Below are positions 51,212 through 64,000 of a stretch of 64,000 nucleotides of DNA, piece by piece. Both the position numbers and the translations under genes were made by a program. The stretch's first letter is position 1; every line of letters begins with the position of its first letter. The notes beneath the pieces are model-generated. The model saw only the letters and a program-made list of their open reading frames with translations. It ran no database searches and had not been told where the DNA came from. This stretch comes from Lytechinus pictus (lineage: Eukaryota). The stretch lies in assembly GCF_037042905.1 (NCBI RefSeq), contig NC_087245.1, positions 12,030,001 through 12,094,000 on the forward strand, read 5' to 3'.

Positions 51212-52205
51212 TTTGATATGATTTATTTTTCCCTACAATTGTTTTTGTCCCTTTTTTTTGGGGGGGGGGGTGGGAAAGTCACTGCAAATTTGTTCCAGTA
51301 AACATCTGTACCATAAAAACCTTGATTTTCATTGGCTACTGAGCCATGTACACTTATCCTTGTTGGTTTTATGATAGTCCCTTACTGTACATGTACATGT
51401 ATGTTCAGTCAAGATTTAAAAAAGTGATAGCAGATGATTTACATACATGTAGGAATATATTTGAAAATATAATGCATGCATAATTGGTATTGAAATAAAT
51501 CTAAATACTATTACGTATTAGGTTTGAATTCTTGAATTGCTGTTTTATGTACATACATGTACATGAACATGTACATGTATCAAATGTTATGCTATTTTTG
51601 GAGTAGATTACAGAGCGCATGTGCCTCACTGAATTTTCTCTTCTTCACTTCATGAAATATGAATATTCCCTTCACTCTTTCTTCCCCGTTTAGGAATATT
51701 GAACTACTGCATTTATATTTATTTCTTTTAAAGATACTTATAAAACAAATAGAATGTGTATGCTTGTGTGTCTGATATGATGGTAATGAGAGAGAGACAG
51801 AGAAATAATAGGGGAAGAAGACACCCATTCTAAATGCCATAAAAGGTGGTTTCTTATGATGTATGACAAAATCATTCATGTTTGTAAACAGATTCATTTA
51901 ATACATCCACCATTGACTTATGTTTTTAGAAAATTAAATTAGGATGTATTGAAAGTGACCATGAGATATATATGTAGTTCAAAATAAGTTCACATCAGCT
52001 GAAGATAAGAAAATTGAAAATGCCTAGTGAATTGATTGGGGAGTACAATTTTGGTTTTGCTACAACACCAACAGCAGAGGTCATCACTAGACTTAAGATC
52101 TCACATTCTGGTATTATCTGATTTCTATAGACTGACAGATCAGCATTTCTTGAATGCTGTTAAAGCACTGTAGTAGATATACATGTACATGTAGTAGTAG
52201 TAGTA

Positions 52206-52482
<277 letters not shown>

Positions 52483-53305
52483 TGAAGACGACGATGAGTT
52501 CTCAGCGTATATACATGTACTCATCTTGTGTTCAAGAGTGGACAGCGTTCAGTGCCAAACAGCACAAATTCTGCAGACATTGTTTGACCTTGCTCAATCA
52601 TGTTCAACCAAAAGAGATTTGTGCAAAAGTTAATACTTCTCATGCACTAGGGGTAGTGGCTACATTTCATGAAACACAAAACAGCATTTCAGTGGGAAAG
52701 AAAGTAGGTAATCATTGTGCTATTATTACTATAAACTAGGTATGAAATGTAAGTGTTGTAATGTCACCAATGTGTTTTCATGAGTTGCCACGTCTTGTTC
52801 AACGATTTCCGGTGTCATGGGCTGAGATAGCACGATGAACGATAGGCTTAAGAAGTGCAAAGGGCTGTTCTTCCTGGATGCACTATTTGGCTGTCATTAC
52901 ACGTACCTGTACGTCGCCGGCCTACCAGCAGTTTGAACTAGAAACAACTCCCAAGAAGTTCACCATCTGTAAAGGCAGTGCAAAAACTCTTATGCAATGT
53001 TGCATAATTTATGGTGAAGTCCCCTTACTCTGTTAACTCGCACTGGACTGTCTTTTCCGACTTCATTAGGTTAACCCACAATCATGCTAATAAAAGCGGT
53101 TGTACATGTAGCATGCATGCATAATCTCTATCATATTTTCTAATTTCCCAGATTGCTTTAAACAAAGATACACCAAACTGATGTTATTTATGTAGATCAA
53201 GTTGACATAAGGAGACAAGTGTACAGTATAAATCTTGCCATTTTTATGGAATTCTTTACTCAGTTCCATTATCTCTCTTTTTCTATTTTAGCAGCAAAAA
53301 GTCAT

Positions 53306-53459
53306 CAGGGTCCCGTAACACAAACATCTTCGCTCAATAGCTAATGTCAGACAAACATCGATTCTGATTGGTTGATCATGGTAATATCCATGGAAAACAA
53401 TCTTGATTTGTCTTTGCCATTGTTCAATTAATTACAAACCTCTGTATTATAGGACCCAG
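53306..53459. mobile_element. Degenerate small MITE downstream of the stop codon
   Basis: CAGGGTCCCGTAACACA ... TGTATTATAGGACCCAG ends. Confidence 0.55.
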
Positions 53460-56400
53460 GAATCAATATAAGCAGAATACTTGATAAAGTAGCTTCTAAA
53501 TGATCATGAACAGTAAATATAATGTTTTATATTGTATCCTTGTACTTGAGAAGAATGGTAGGTACGGGAAATGCCTATTTTATATACATGTAGATCTGTC
53601 AATCGGAGTTCTCAACTAGGGTGTGTACTGTGTTGTAAGAAAGTCAGTTGCAATTGATTGCAAGGTTTAATCACAAATTTGCAGTTGAAGGATGAATTTC
53701 AACTACAGCAAACCAGTTAATACTACTTGTTGCAAGAAAATAATCTTCAACTCATTGTAATTTGCTATAGGAAATCTTAAAATTATTTTAAAATTCAAAA
53801 ATTATTTGACACCTATAGGCTTTTGCAGCACCCTTGCAACGCTTCATTACTGATAAAAGTTGCGGTATTGGTTGCATACACAACTATATACTTTTACTTT
53901 AATACAAAATAATAGGTTCATTTGATAATAGGTATGCACATTCTGAGTTCAGAGTAACGAAACATGATAAGGAAGAAGGAGATGGAGGGTATGTAATTGA
54001 AGATTAAAGCAATTTCAAGTATGATTTTAATTCTTTCATGAGTAAGGGGAACTGCATTAATATCGTTGTATCACAGAGCAATGACAGTTTTGTCAACGCA
54101 GTAGTACGAATATATCAATCCATATCATGCATGTATGTATGGCATAGCTCTGTTTTGTATCTTCTAATTCCTATTTCAACTCACTAAGAAAATCAGGTGC
54201 TATTGTGAACCATTTTCCAAATCATTAAAATTATTTTGAACTCATTGATTATTTTACATTTTGAAACCGTTGTTGAGTGGCAAATATTGAGGTTGCCATT
54301 ATGCCGACATATGCATTGATCAACATATTACATATAGTGCATTGTTACTAATGTCTTTATACATGAGGTATGAAGTAGATATATATTGAGGCATCACAAA
54401 GCATTGACCATTCTAAAAGGATACAGCCTTATCTGCGTGCTACAGTGTACCATTAAGACGACATTAAAAAAGATGTCATAATTACAGCAGTAGATAGGGT
54501 CAGCCAGTGTGATGCATGGTTAGTATTTGTAGTGCCTCACTTCATCTACCTTGCATTAACAGTTCAAGCATCATGGCACTAGTGGCTGGGACAACGTTAA
54601 TCCTGTTCACTTTGACAAAATTAAGGACTTTCTATCAATTAATTAGGCATTGCATCTGATGCGTCGCATCTTCCCAAGGTTATCCTTCCAATCGGATCCC
54701 GGAAATTGTTTCCGGGCTGAATGAAAATTGTATTTGTGTGCCTGTAAGAACTGGTATCTGGCTACATGTGCCAAACATTTGGCTTGCATGAAATCACAAT
54801 GTTATGTAATGTATGAACAGTGCTTGTGCAGACACAATAGATTTATCCTGAAACTTGATAGAGACCGTCCAAAGAAATCATTTGCTATTACCAAGCAGAG
54901 CAATTGGAAAAACAGTAACAGAAGAATTGAGATGATTATATTGATAAAGGAAAAAATGCATCTCGAATGACATGAAGTAGATGTACTTGCCTTTTTGCGA
55001 ACCCTAATTGCCTATCTTAACTTTTTTTTTCAATTCACAGATGCAGATAAAGCCATTATTATGATCTTCATTCTTACGGGTCATTTGAAATTTCTTTTGT
55101 GAGTTATGCACTATCTGAAGTGCATTCCTGTAAAGTATACACAAGTAGGTCTTTCTCAGGCACTCAATCATAACATTCTATTGTCATCATTTATTCAAAC
55201 AAAATTGGACGTGATTCTTCATTGACCTTGTATTCAGAAACGAAAGGTATGTCTCTGGCCACAGCTTTACCAAACGATGTAGCTAAAAAAATTGTTTTCC
55301 AGTCAGAATACATGTCCTCAAATGAAAAAAGAAAAGAAAAAAGTTTAGTTGAATTTGGAAATACAGTCCACTCTAGTTTCAAAACGCTGCAACTCATCTT
55401 CTTGTGTCAGCCACAATTTAGGAGCTACTCAACCAAAAAGAAAGAAAATGCAGTAGATGATGTTATGATCAGGTGTATTGCTATGTCAGGGAAGAAATCA
55501 TCTTTGTTAGGCCTACTAAAATTTAACCCCCTACAGTATAAGTTACCATAAAATAAGAAATTGGTCTACAACTCTGTGAACTGTCATTCACCATTTACAT
55601 TTGGCCTGTTGTCATGGGTTACTGTTGCATGGTTTGAATAATAAAAAAACTCACAAAAAGACACCTCACATACTGTAAATTTCACTTTTAAGGATCTTTT
55701 TATCCAGGTAGAGCATGGTTTGAAACCAAGGTCCATTCAGATGAGGAGCATAAAAGCAAATACACATGCTATGTACACAATGTTTATAATATTTTCTTGT
55801 GTGTCTGAATGCTCTGTTTGGTCTGCAAACATTGATTCATTATTCAACTTCTTTCTCTATTGAGTTTGGAGCTAAACATAGTGTCTGTCCTAGCACACTA
55901 CAGTACATGTAATTATCAATTCACGAACCTCTCCATTCTCATGGCATATTACAAGTCGTTTTGTGTCTAAACATAAAATGTCATCATCAAATAGCAATAC
56001 TGTTCCAGCATAGCCATATATTTTTTGTGTGTTTGAATGGAGGTCTTGATGTCTTTTATTGTCGATAGTTATCAATTGCTTTCCTCACTTTAATGAGAAC
56101 AAGTAAATGTTCTAGAAAGAGGTATAAGATCTACACTCTTTTCTATCATGAACTTGAAAAAAAATGAACTTAATTATATCTTGGAACTCATTGATGTTCC
56201 ATTTTGGTTCATTGTTGTGATTTTGTAGATCATTGCACAATTAGGCAAAATAATGGAGCTATGTAATGGGTGAAACCATTTTAAATTATCTTTATTTTGA
56301 TAGTAAAGAGATGTGGTTATCAGTACATACCATGCATTAAAAAAACATTTTACTCTCCTGCACTTTAAAGCTGCTTTTCTAATGTGTTTGCTTGTCAATC

Positions 56401-56607
56401 TTCGGTGGCGGGAATGTAATACACAAAAAGTAATAGAGTGGTATAAAAAAAAATCAAGTATTGAGGCAGCAGTGGCCAAGTATGTTTGTTATCTTGGGCA
56501 TCAGATGTACAGTTATAGAAAAGGGATAATAAACTTGTTAAATTGTAGGGAAATAATATGGGACGGGGATTGACTTTCAGTTGAGATATTGCCTCTTGTG
56601 AAAAGTT

Positions 56608-56770
56608 GTTAGATTGATGTGTACATGTATATAGATTAGTAGATCATTAGATAGAATTATATCTAGATAGATACATGAGATAGATAGAAAATAGAAGTAG
56701 ATAGATAGATAGATTGATAGATAAATTAGATCAGTAGATAGATGCATAGTGGATAGGTTTACAGATAAAT
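56608..56770. repeat. (GATA)n degenerate microsatellite
   Basis: Visible TAGA/GATA runs. Confidence 0.85.
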
Positions 56771-59700
56771 AAAGTGATGTCTGTGCTAGTCTGTGATAGA
56801 ATAGAAAAGTATATAATGTGAGTAAACTCATTATTATTAGTCACAGTACATAAACATAAGAAAAAAGAGCTCTTTTATTTTGAATGTTTTATTTTTTTTA
56901 ACATTGTAAAATTTCCAATATGTGCAACTCTTCTAAATGCATCTAGATGTTTGTATAATATCCTCATTGTGAAGAATTTTGTGTGGATGTGTGTGAGCGA
57001 GAAAATGTTCCATGAGAAAATGGAAAAATATCTGATATGTTGACAATAAAAATACAAAGTACAAAAAAAATTTTGTCATGTAGGAGATACAGAAGATTGT
57101 TGACACTTCAGTTTCTTATTTTCATTGGCGGTTTTGACACCAAAGAGAACTTGCAAGAATCTGAACAGCAAGAAAATTAAATCTGTGTTTCTTCTTTGGT
57201 AAGGCCCTGTTCAGAGCCACCTTCTCAAACCGATTCCTGTCAAACCAATTCAATGAACCATTTCAGTAGATCACTTTGTTAGCATTCACAATTACTCTGT
57301 AAGCTTGTGAACCAGTTCGAATCAAAGCAATGCTTAAAACCACATTGTATTCTTGTAATTCGTTACTTTAGATCACTTATGATGGTGTCATGGATCACTA
57401 AGAGGGTTCATTGTTGTACAAACTCCCACTGAATCAGTCAGATAGGTCCAGGAGAGCTACCATGAACATGGTTTTAACTATTTCTGACAAGTCTACAGAA
57501 ATACTGCTACAGTAATGAAACTGAAGTCGCAAAATTGACCGTCGCTTTAAAAACATGACTTGTGTTATTTGAAGATCGTGAGGTATGTTGTCTGTTAATT
57601 GGAAATAAGTAATTAGGTCAGGAATGTGTATACCTAACACTAATGACGGCTACATCTTTTATTGTAGCCTGAGGGTGTAATGTGGTGTATATATGGAGAT
57701 AGCATTGCATTAATTATTAGTAAATGTAGCCTACTTATAGCTCTCCTATTGTGCTGTAGCTTACATAGCCTTGAATAGATGCCCAAAAGACAAAAAATGA
57801 AAATAAATAAAAAAAAACTAACTACACATAACAACCAAATCACCAATATTGCTAGAAGGGGCAGGTATTCGGGTAAGGATTTTTATGCACATTAATATCG
57901 ATAAGTGGTGATGGCAGAAATTAATGGTGAATGTAATTATGCCATTTCATCCCAAATTTTTGAGGGCTTGCATGAGGAGCTTGTTCATTTATTGTCTCTA
58001 AGACATCAGATGGTGCAAAATACACTATTACTATGGCAATCTGGCATCGATTGGATTGTTCCAGCCTGCATGTATGTATAACAAAGGAAAGAAGGATAGA
58101 TGGTCCTTTTAGTGGTGAGACCTGATTTATGTCCTCTTGTAAGCACGAGGAAAACAAATAGGAGTCATGTTCAATTCCATTCAAGCATTAAAAACAAGTA
58201 CAATTTTGTCCAGTGTGGACTTAGTTTTTGAATGTTTTGATATATATGCTTAGTTTTAAATGTTTTAGTATGATATTTTAGAAATTTAGAACCTGTTAGG
58301 TCATTATGGCTGTACCTCAAGGATCCCCACTAGGGCCTATTTCTTTCATTTTAAATAGATTTGCATGGTCTCCATTTTTGTTAATGCAACCAAGCAAGTA
58401 GATCAAGTGAGTCATTAATTGCCAGTGGGTTCCTAGGGCAGGTTTTAAAGGGAAAGCCCCATACAAGCTCAGCCATATTTTGCACATGTTTTGCAACAAT
58501 ATTTAAGTTAAAAAATATCAAGGGCAGTCAAGTATGTCCATATATGGACATTTGTATCGACCAATTTGCCACAAAATGATACTATAAAACAAAAAAGGAC
58601 TGAGTAGCAAAATGTAATCAGGTACAAAAAAGTTGTTATTATTTGTGATTTTTTTTGTCACCTCAACACCAAAACGGGAGACATTCCATCACAAATTAGT
58701 ATAAAATAATATATGGTTGTTGTTTTTTGCAGTTAAAGTGAAAATTTTTGTCCACATACATGTACTGTAATTAATTTTCCCGATTGAGTTTAAAGGGTAA
58801 AATTCAATACAGAAAACTTGAAAAAAAATAAGTTAGCAAATATAGTAATATTGTAAGTAACTTAGTTCTAGATAGTTTAGTAAATTCATTTTGTAAATTT
58901 CATTTCCTAATATATGAAAAATACTACAAACAAAAAAATAGAGTACTATATATGTAAAGATATATAAATATATATATATGAATATATAAATATTAATATT
59001 TGCTATGTTTTGTGTAATTTGGAAGAAGGGTATAAAGTGCGTAAGAATGTAAATTTTATGACCCTAGGTCTGTTGTATGATTTATTTTGCATACCAAATT
59101 AAAATAATTTTAGTAGATTGATTTAATTTATGCACATATATTATGTGTATTTGCAAGGTTTGCTATAAAGTCCCATTTACAGGGGGAACAACATGGGGTG
59201 TTCATTGTTGTATAATCTTACTTCTCTTAAGGAAATATGAACAAGGACTTTCTTGCAGGTACCAAATATATCGGATCTATGAAAGAATAAGTTACCCTTT
59301 ACATTAAGTATTAATGTCTTATGGCCTGTCATTTAGGTACGAGAACGTAAGGTAGACACAGATTGGTATATTGTGTAGTACATGTGGTATGCCTAGCTAT
59401 CATGCAGGCATTTGTATTGAGGTCATGTGTCAGAGTCAAAGGTCATTTGAGGTCAGTATCTTAGATATTGTGTCTTGTACCTTTATTAGACTATACTCGG
59501 CCATAGGGTTTATAAATGACTTAGATGGAATCTGTAAGTACATGACTGGAACCTATACCTTATGTTGGGTTCAAAGGTCACTTTGAGGGGTCATCTGAGG
59601 TCGAATGTTGAGGTTAAATCTATTTTAATTCCTGTCTTGGCTTTTTAATTAGACTCAGAGCAATCAGATATTGCTTACCTAGCCATAATTGATCAGCTAG

Positions 59701-62160
59701 AGCATATGATTCTAGTAATAAAAGACTAAAGGACAAATGATATAATTAAAAAAGTTTTTAATATTCCATATAGGCCTAGATATTGTATTTTATCTGTTTT
59801 CATCATTTCACATATGGAAAAATGTGATTTTTATCTTAAAAATGTGATTTTATCAGCCAGTGCATTCCTTTTTTTTATTGTGTTTTGTTAATTGATAATG
59901 CCTTGTAAATGATGAAATCCAAGTCCCAAGATATAATGTTTACATGTATGCATTTTGTCATTACAATACCAACTGTAAATTATCACATGGGCCAATCATT
60001 AACCAGTTAGAATGTATTTAAATCAAATTAGACTATGCCGAACCAGCAATGGCATAATTTGTCATCGAGAAACTGTTAAGTGTTCCTAGGATGTGATGTA
60101 TACTTGTGAATTTGTCATTAAGTTGACCAATCAGCTCGCTCCTCATGTTAATAAATGGGCAGTGAATTTATTTTGCCTTTTTTGTTACAAGTTGTATTAT
60201 GATGTTGCTGGCTTTCCATAGTTAAAATCATATGCGATGATTTCTAGAGATTTCTTGTTACCTTAGGGGGGACTGTACAAAATTTGTGCCTGGAATTGCC
60301 GCTCATGGCTATATAAGAGTGATTTTATTTCATTGAATTGGAGTCCTGTAGGCCAATTGTTCATCCGAAGAATATGACATTTATTCCGAATGAAATTTTT
60401 ATTGTCTAAACATTTTTATCTATATATTTCATTCTCAAATGTTTGATTTGGTTGTGTATGCTTTATGAATACTGTACAACATATTCAACATACCATGCAT
60501 TGAAAGGGAATAGTTAATTATAGCTACGCATTGCTCATTGAGACTGCAATAATGCAGTTTACATTTGACCTCTGAATGTGATAAATCTATTAATTAGCAA
60601 GGTAATGTCATGGTACTGGAGTGTTGTGCTTTCTTAACAGGATGTTTTTCTGTTGAAATGAACAAATTCTCTGAACAATCGTTGTGAAGTAAACTGATGT
60701 CATCAAGCCTTTATGCTTGTTTACTGTATATGTTATAATAGATATACATGTATCAGTGTATAGTGGCTAATAAAGATCATGTTGGCAAATTTGTTTATTG
60801 TATCAAGGCATTTTGATGCTTCTTAAAAAGAGGTAATGATTCAAATGTCTCTATGATCATGGATATTTTTATGTATCAATTCTCTATTTTCTATTCACTT
60901 AGTGGAAATGTATGGTTACTTTACATTATTTGTATCTCTGAATAAAACATCTGACATATCAACATGTCTTTGAACAAGGCATTAGTGCTTTTTTCAATAG
61001 TCCCAATGTATACAGGGAACATTAGTAGTCATATCAACATGAAATACATTTTTTTATAAGTTATAACTTTTATAAGATTTTATACTGTGTACTGTTTATC
61101 AGTGGTTTTCAACATCTTTTTATTTTCATGCATCAAATTCTTGTACCTCATTTGTGTTAAACAACTGCTGCATTTTATGAACACATAACACAAAAGAGTA
61201 ACATTAAATGCAGGAAAATGCACTTCATATAATGGAAAAATTGATTTATATTCGAAATATATCTAATAGTGATGTACAATTTTTTTTTTGTCATGTAACT
61301 AAATTTAATCCTCATGTCTATAGACATATCCTGTAATACAATAATATAATTCTCTGTTCTCATTGTATTTCATTATAATAAGAATGGAAATTACATTACA
61401 TACATGTATGCAAAGTAAATTTTGTTAGGTTTTGTTAGGTTTGTCCACATACTATCTATATTAATGAGATAAATATGTAATTGGAATTTTATATATTCAC
61501 TACTAGTGAATGGAAAAAAATAATTCAAGGCAGTTCACAAAGGCATGTGCATTAAAACTAGTTACATCACAAAAAATATTCTGTTGGCAGAAATACAGTG
61601 CATTTACATACTAATATCAATATCCTGTTATTTTGTAATAGTCACCTACAGTTAAGAGTGAACCACACTATTGATGTGGTTTATCATTGTGTAGATCTGT
61701 CTGTAATAATTCATTCCAATCTTTTGGAAACATTGCCTTGTTTCTTTATTTGAAGAATGTGTGTCATGCACTTCCGGTTATTTATTTATTTTTAAAGATA
61801 TTTTAGTATATTCCACTTTTATGACCACAGTAACAGAAGATGCTTCATTTTTGTCTGGAAGTAGCGGAAGGTTTTAAGCTGCTTCTGACAACATTTTTCT
61901 ATCAGCTGTCTGCTCCTTTAATCAAAAGTGGATTATTTTGCTCTCAATCTTCGTAGTGATTATGGTTTTGTGTCAAGTCCCAATCTCATGTTAAAGAGGG
62001 TGTGAACCCCATTCCTGCATGATTAGAATTTCCCTTTATTTTCTCATATATTTATCTATCAGCCTGAGCTGATTCAATCTTAAGATTCTAGCCTGATCAG
62101 TCCACATTGATGTTAATCTTCATTTTTAAGAAAATTCAATCAATCCAAATTGAAAGCCTA

Positions 62161-62287
62161 TAGTCTAGGCGGAGACTGCAGTAATTGTTTTTGCCTTTGC
62201 CACAATTTGTATTCTTTGCCGCATCACACGTATTGCTTGCATTCAGCATAACAGTAAAGACAATAACTGCAGCCTTTGACTAGATTA
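62161..62287. mobile_element. Degenerate small inverted-repeat element
   Basis: TAGTCTAGGCGGAGACTGCAGTAATTGT versus ACAATAACTGCAGCCTTTGACTAGATTA. Confidence 0.5.
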
Positions 62288-63149
62288 TTGGCCACCCAAG
62301 TGGAGGAATTCTCACTTGTCGAATGCTCACTTACGGGCCCCATTTATGAAAAGCATGCGCTGGTATTAGGAATATAAAGTATTACCCCGTGTCAAAATCT
62401 GAATGCATCTTCACTTCCTGATCAGCTGGAAAAGTCACAAAATAATGCACATTTTGGGGGAAAAATGCAACTCTGCAAGTTGGCTCAGGATTATAGTATT
62501 GATATGATTCTCGTGGAATAGCCCTCTTATTGCAATCTCCAATAATCTTGTTTTTTCTGATGTGTTTAGTTGGCCACATTAGAAATGTTGGCTAATTTTG
62601 AAATTCTGGCTGGTGTAAACATACCACATTTTGTCAACTTTGGCATAAAACCTTGGTAAACAATGAAGAGGTATTTAAACTAAAGTATGAACTTGGAAAG
62701 TAATGAATTTTCTGTCACTATCAAAATCCATTATTTTTATTATTTTTATGTCATTATTAACCGTTGTCATTTTTATCATTATGATTCTCTTATTATTGCT
62801 TCTACTATGAAAATGATTATTAGTTATTCCTATCACTATTATATTATTACTTTCAATATAAGCATTTAAATGAGTGGTTTCAATTTCTCCTGATCAGGTT
62901 CTATATAACAATTATTGTCATTAATATTATGGAAATATGTTCGTATGCATTTGTATTTAAAAACAAAAGTATAAATCTCATGTATACAGTCTTGATTAAT
63001 TAAAATGTCAGTTTACTATGTCAAAAGGAATACAAAATTTCATGCATTTAATATATTTGTATTCGAAGATACATAAGAAGATACAAGATAGTAAGAGCTT
63101 GAGAGATTGTCACTTGCTTACGAAAGAGAGGTAATGCTGAAAAAGATTA

Positions 63150-63442
63150 TAATGAAGTAGTGATGATGTTGTTGTATATGATGGTGATACCGGGGGGGGG
63201 GGTGATGCTTATGGTGGTGATGATAATGGCGATGATGGTGGTAGTGATGCTGATGATTGATGGTGGTGATGATGATGATATATGATGGTGGTGGTGGTGA
63301 TGATGATGATGGTGGTGGTCGTGGTGATGACGGTGATGCTGATGATAATGTGATGATGAAGATGATGACGATGGTAGTGTGATGACGGTAGTGGTGGTGA
63401 TGATGGTGGTGGTGCTGATGACAATGATGCTGATGATGATGC
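63150..63442. repeat. (GAT/GGT)n compound microsatellite
   Basis: Long GAT/GGT runs; source of the His/Ser/Thr/Ile-rich pseudo-ORF 63209-63535. Confidence 0.9.
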
Positions 63443-64000
63443 GGTTGTTACATCAGATTCCCTATCATCTAAATCATAATTAGCTTTGTCAAATCCCACC
63501 CTTATGATATGAAAACTCATGTTGCTTACAATCATCTAATAGCAAAGTTTGCAAGCGTGAGAGCAAGTTGCCCACCCCACCCCAAAATCTCAAACTGGCT
63601 GTCATGCGCTCATAGATGGCGCAAATTCAGAATGAGCTAATGGGTGAATTGATGATGGTGAGTAGTATATAGATGTATAATTTCGTTCTTTAGAAACATT
63701 TTGGGGCTGGCCAAAATAAACTGTGCAGGATGAGAACACGAAGGACAATGGAAAAAATAATAAAGAAAAAAAAAATCGTCATTTCATTTTCAAAATTGTT
63801 GAAAAAATAATGTCTCCTTAGCTATCAACTAAAGGCCTATAATTAGATTAATTTTATTTCGGTTCATAATTATAGGTAAGGTCCATCTTAGCAACAGTAT
63901 TCTTCCAACTAGTTAAGAATTTTTATAGAAAGAAGACGATTTGTAAAGCATGTTAATTTATAATCTTGTACTGTAGTCACGATCCCTAAATTTTAAGGTC

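Noticed and set aside
63209..63535. His/Ser/Pro-rich ORF (also 48074-48349)
   Set aside because: Translation of (GAT/GGT)n microsatellites.

Overview
AT-rich eukaryotic genomic DNA. The intron-exon structure, tRNA-SINEs and MITE families suggest an invertebrate deuterostome, most plausibly a sea urchin; the taxon is an inference. The one confidently supported protein-coding gene is a KLF6/KLF7-family Kruppel-like factor on the + strand. It has three coding exons (18334-18435, 47187-47784, 52307-52482; 876 nt, 291 aa), a 28.75 kb first intron and a CpG-rich CCAAT promoter. The ORF track does not show exon 1 in its correct frame. A second CpG-rich promoter near 11.3 kb may drive a divergent minus-strand transcript, with a best candidate exon at 1295-1508. 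The rest is a dense, often nested set of non-autonomous DNA transposons (hAT-like 8-bp TSD, Kolobok-like TTAA, Harbinger-like, CACTA-like, Helentron-like), tRNA-derived SINEs, one LINE 3' fragment and microsatellites. No prokaryotic, CRISPR or rRNA/tRNA gene features were found. The most unusual signal is a large excess of TACATGTA, TAGGCCTA and TACAGTA motifs; paralogous repeat copies show several of these were inserted at single TA sites. The SINE-derived 3' splice-site region of the last KLF intron is also notable.
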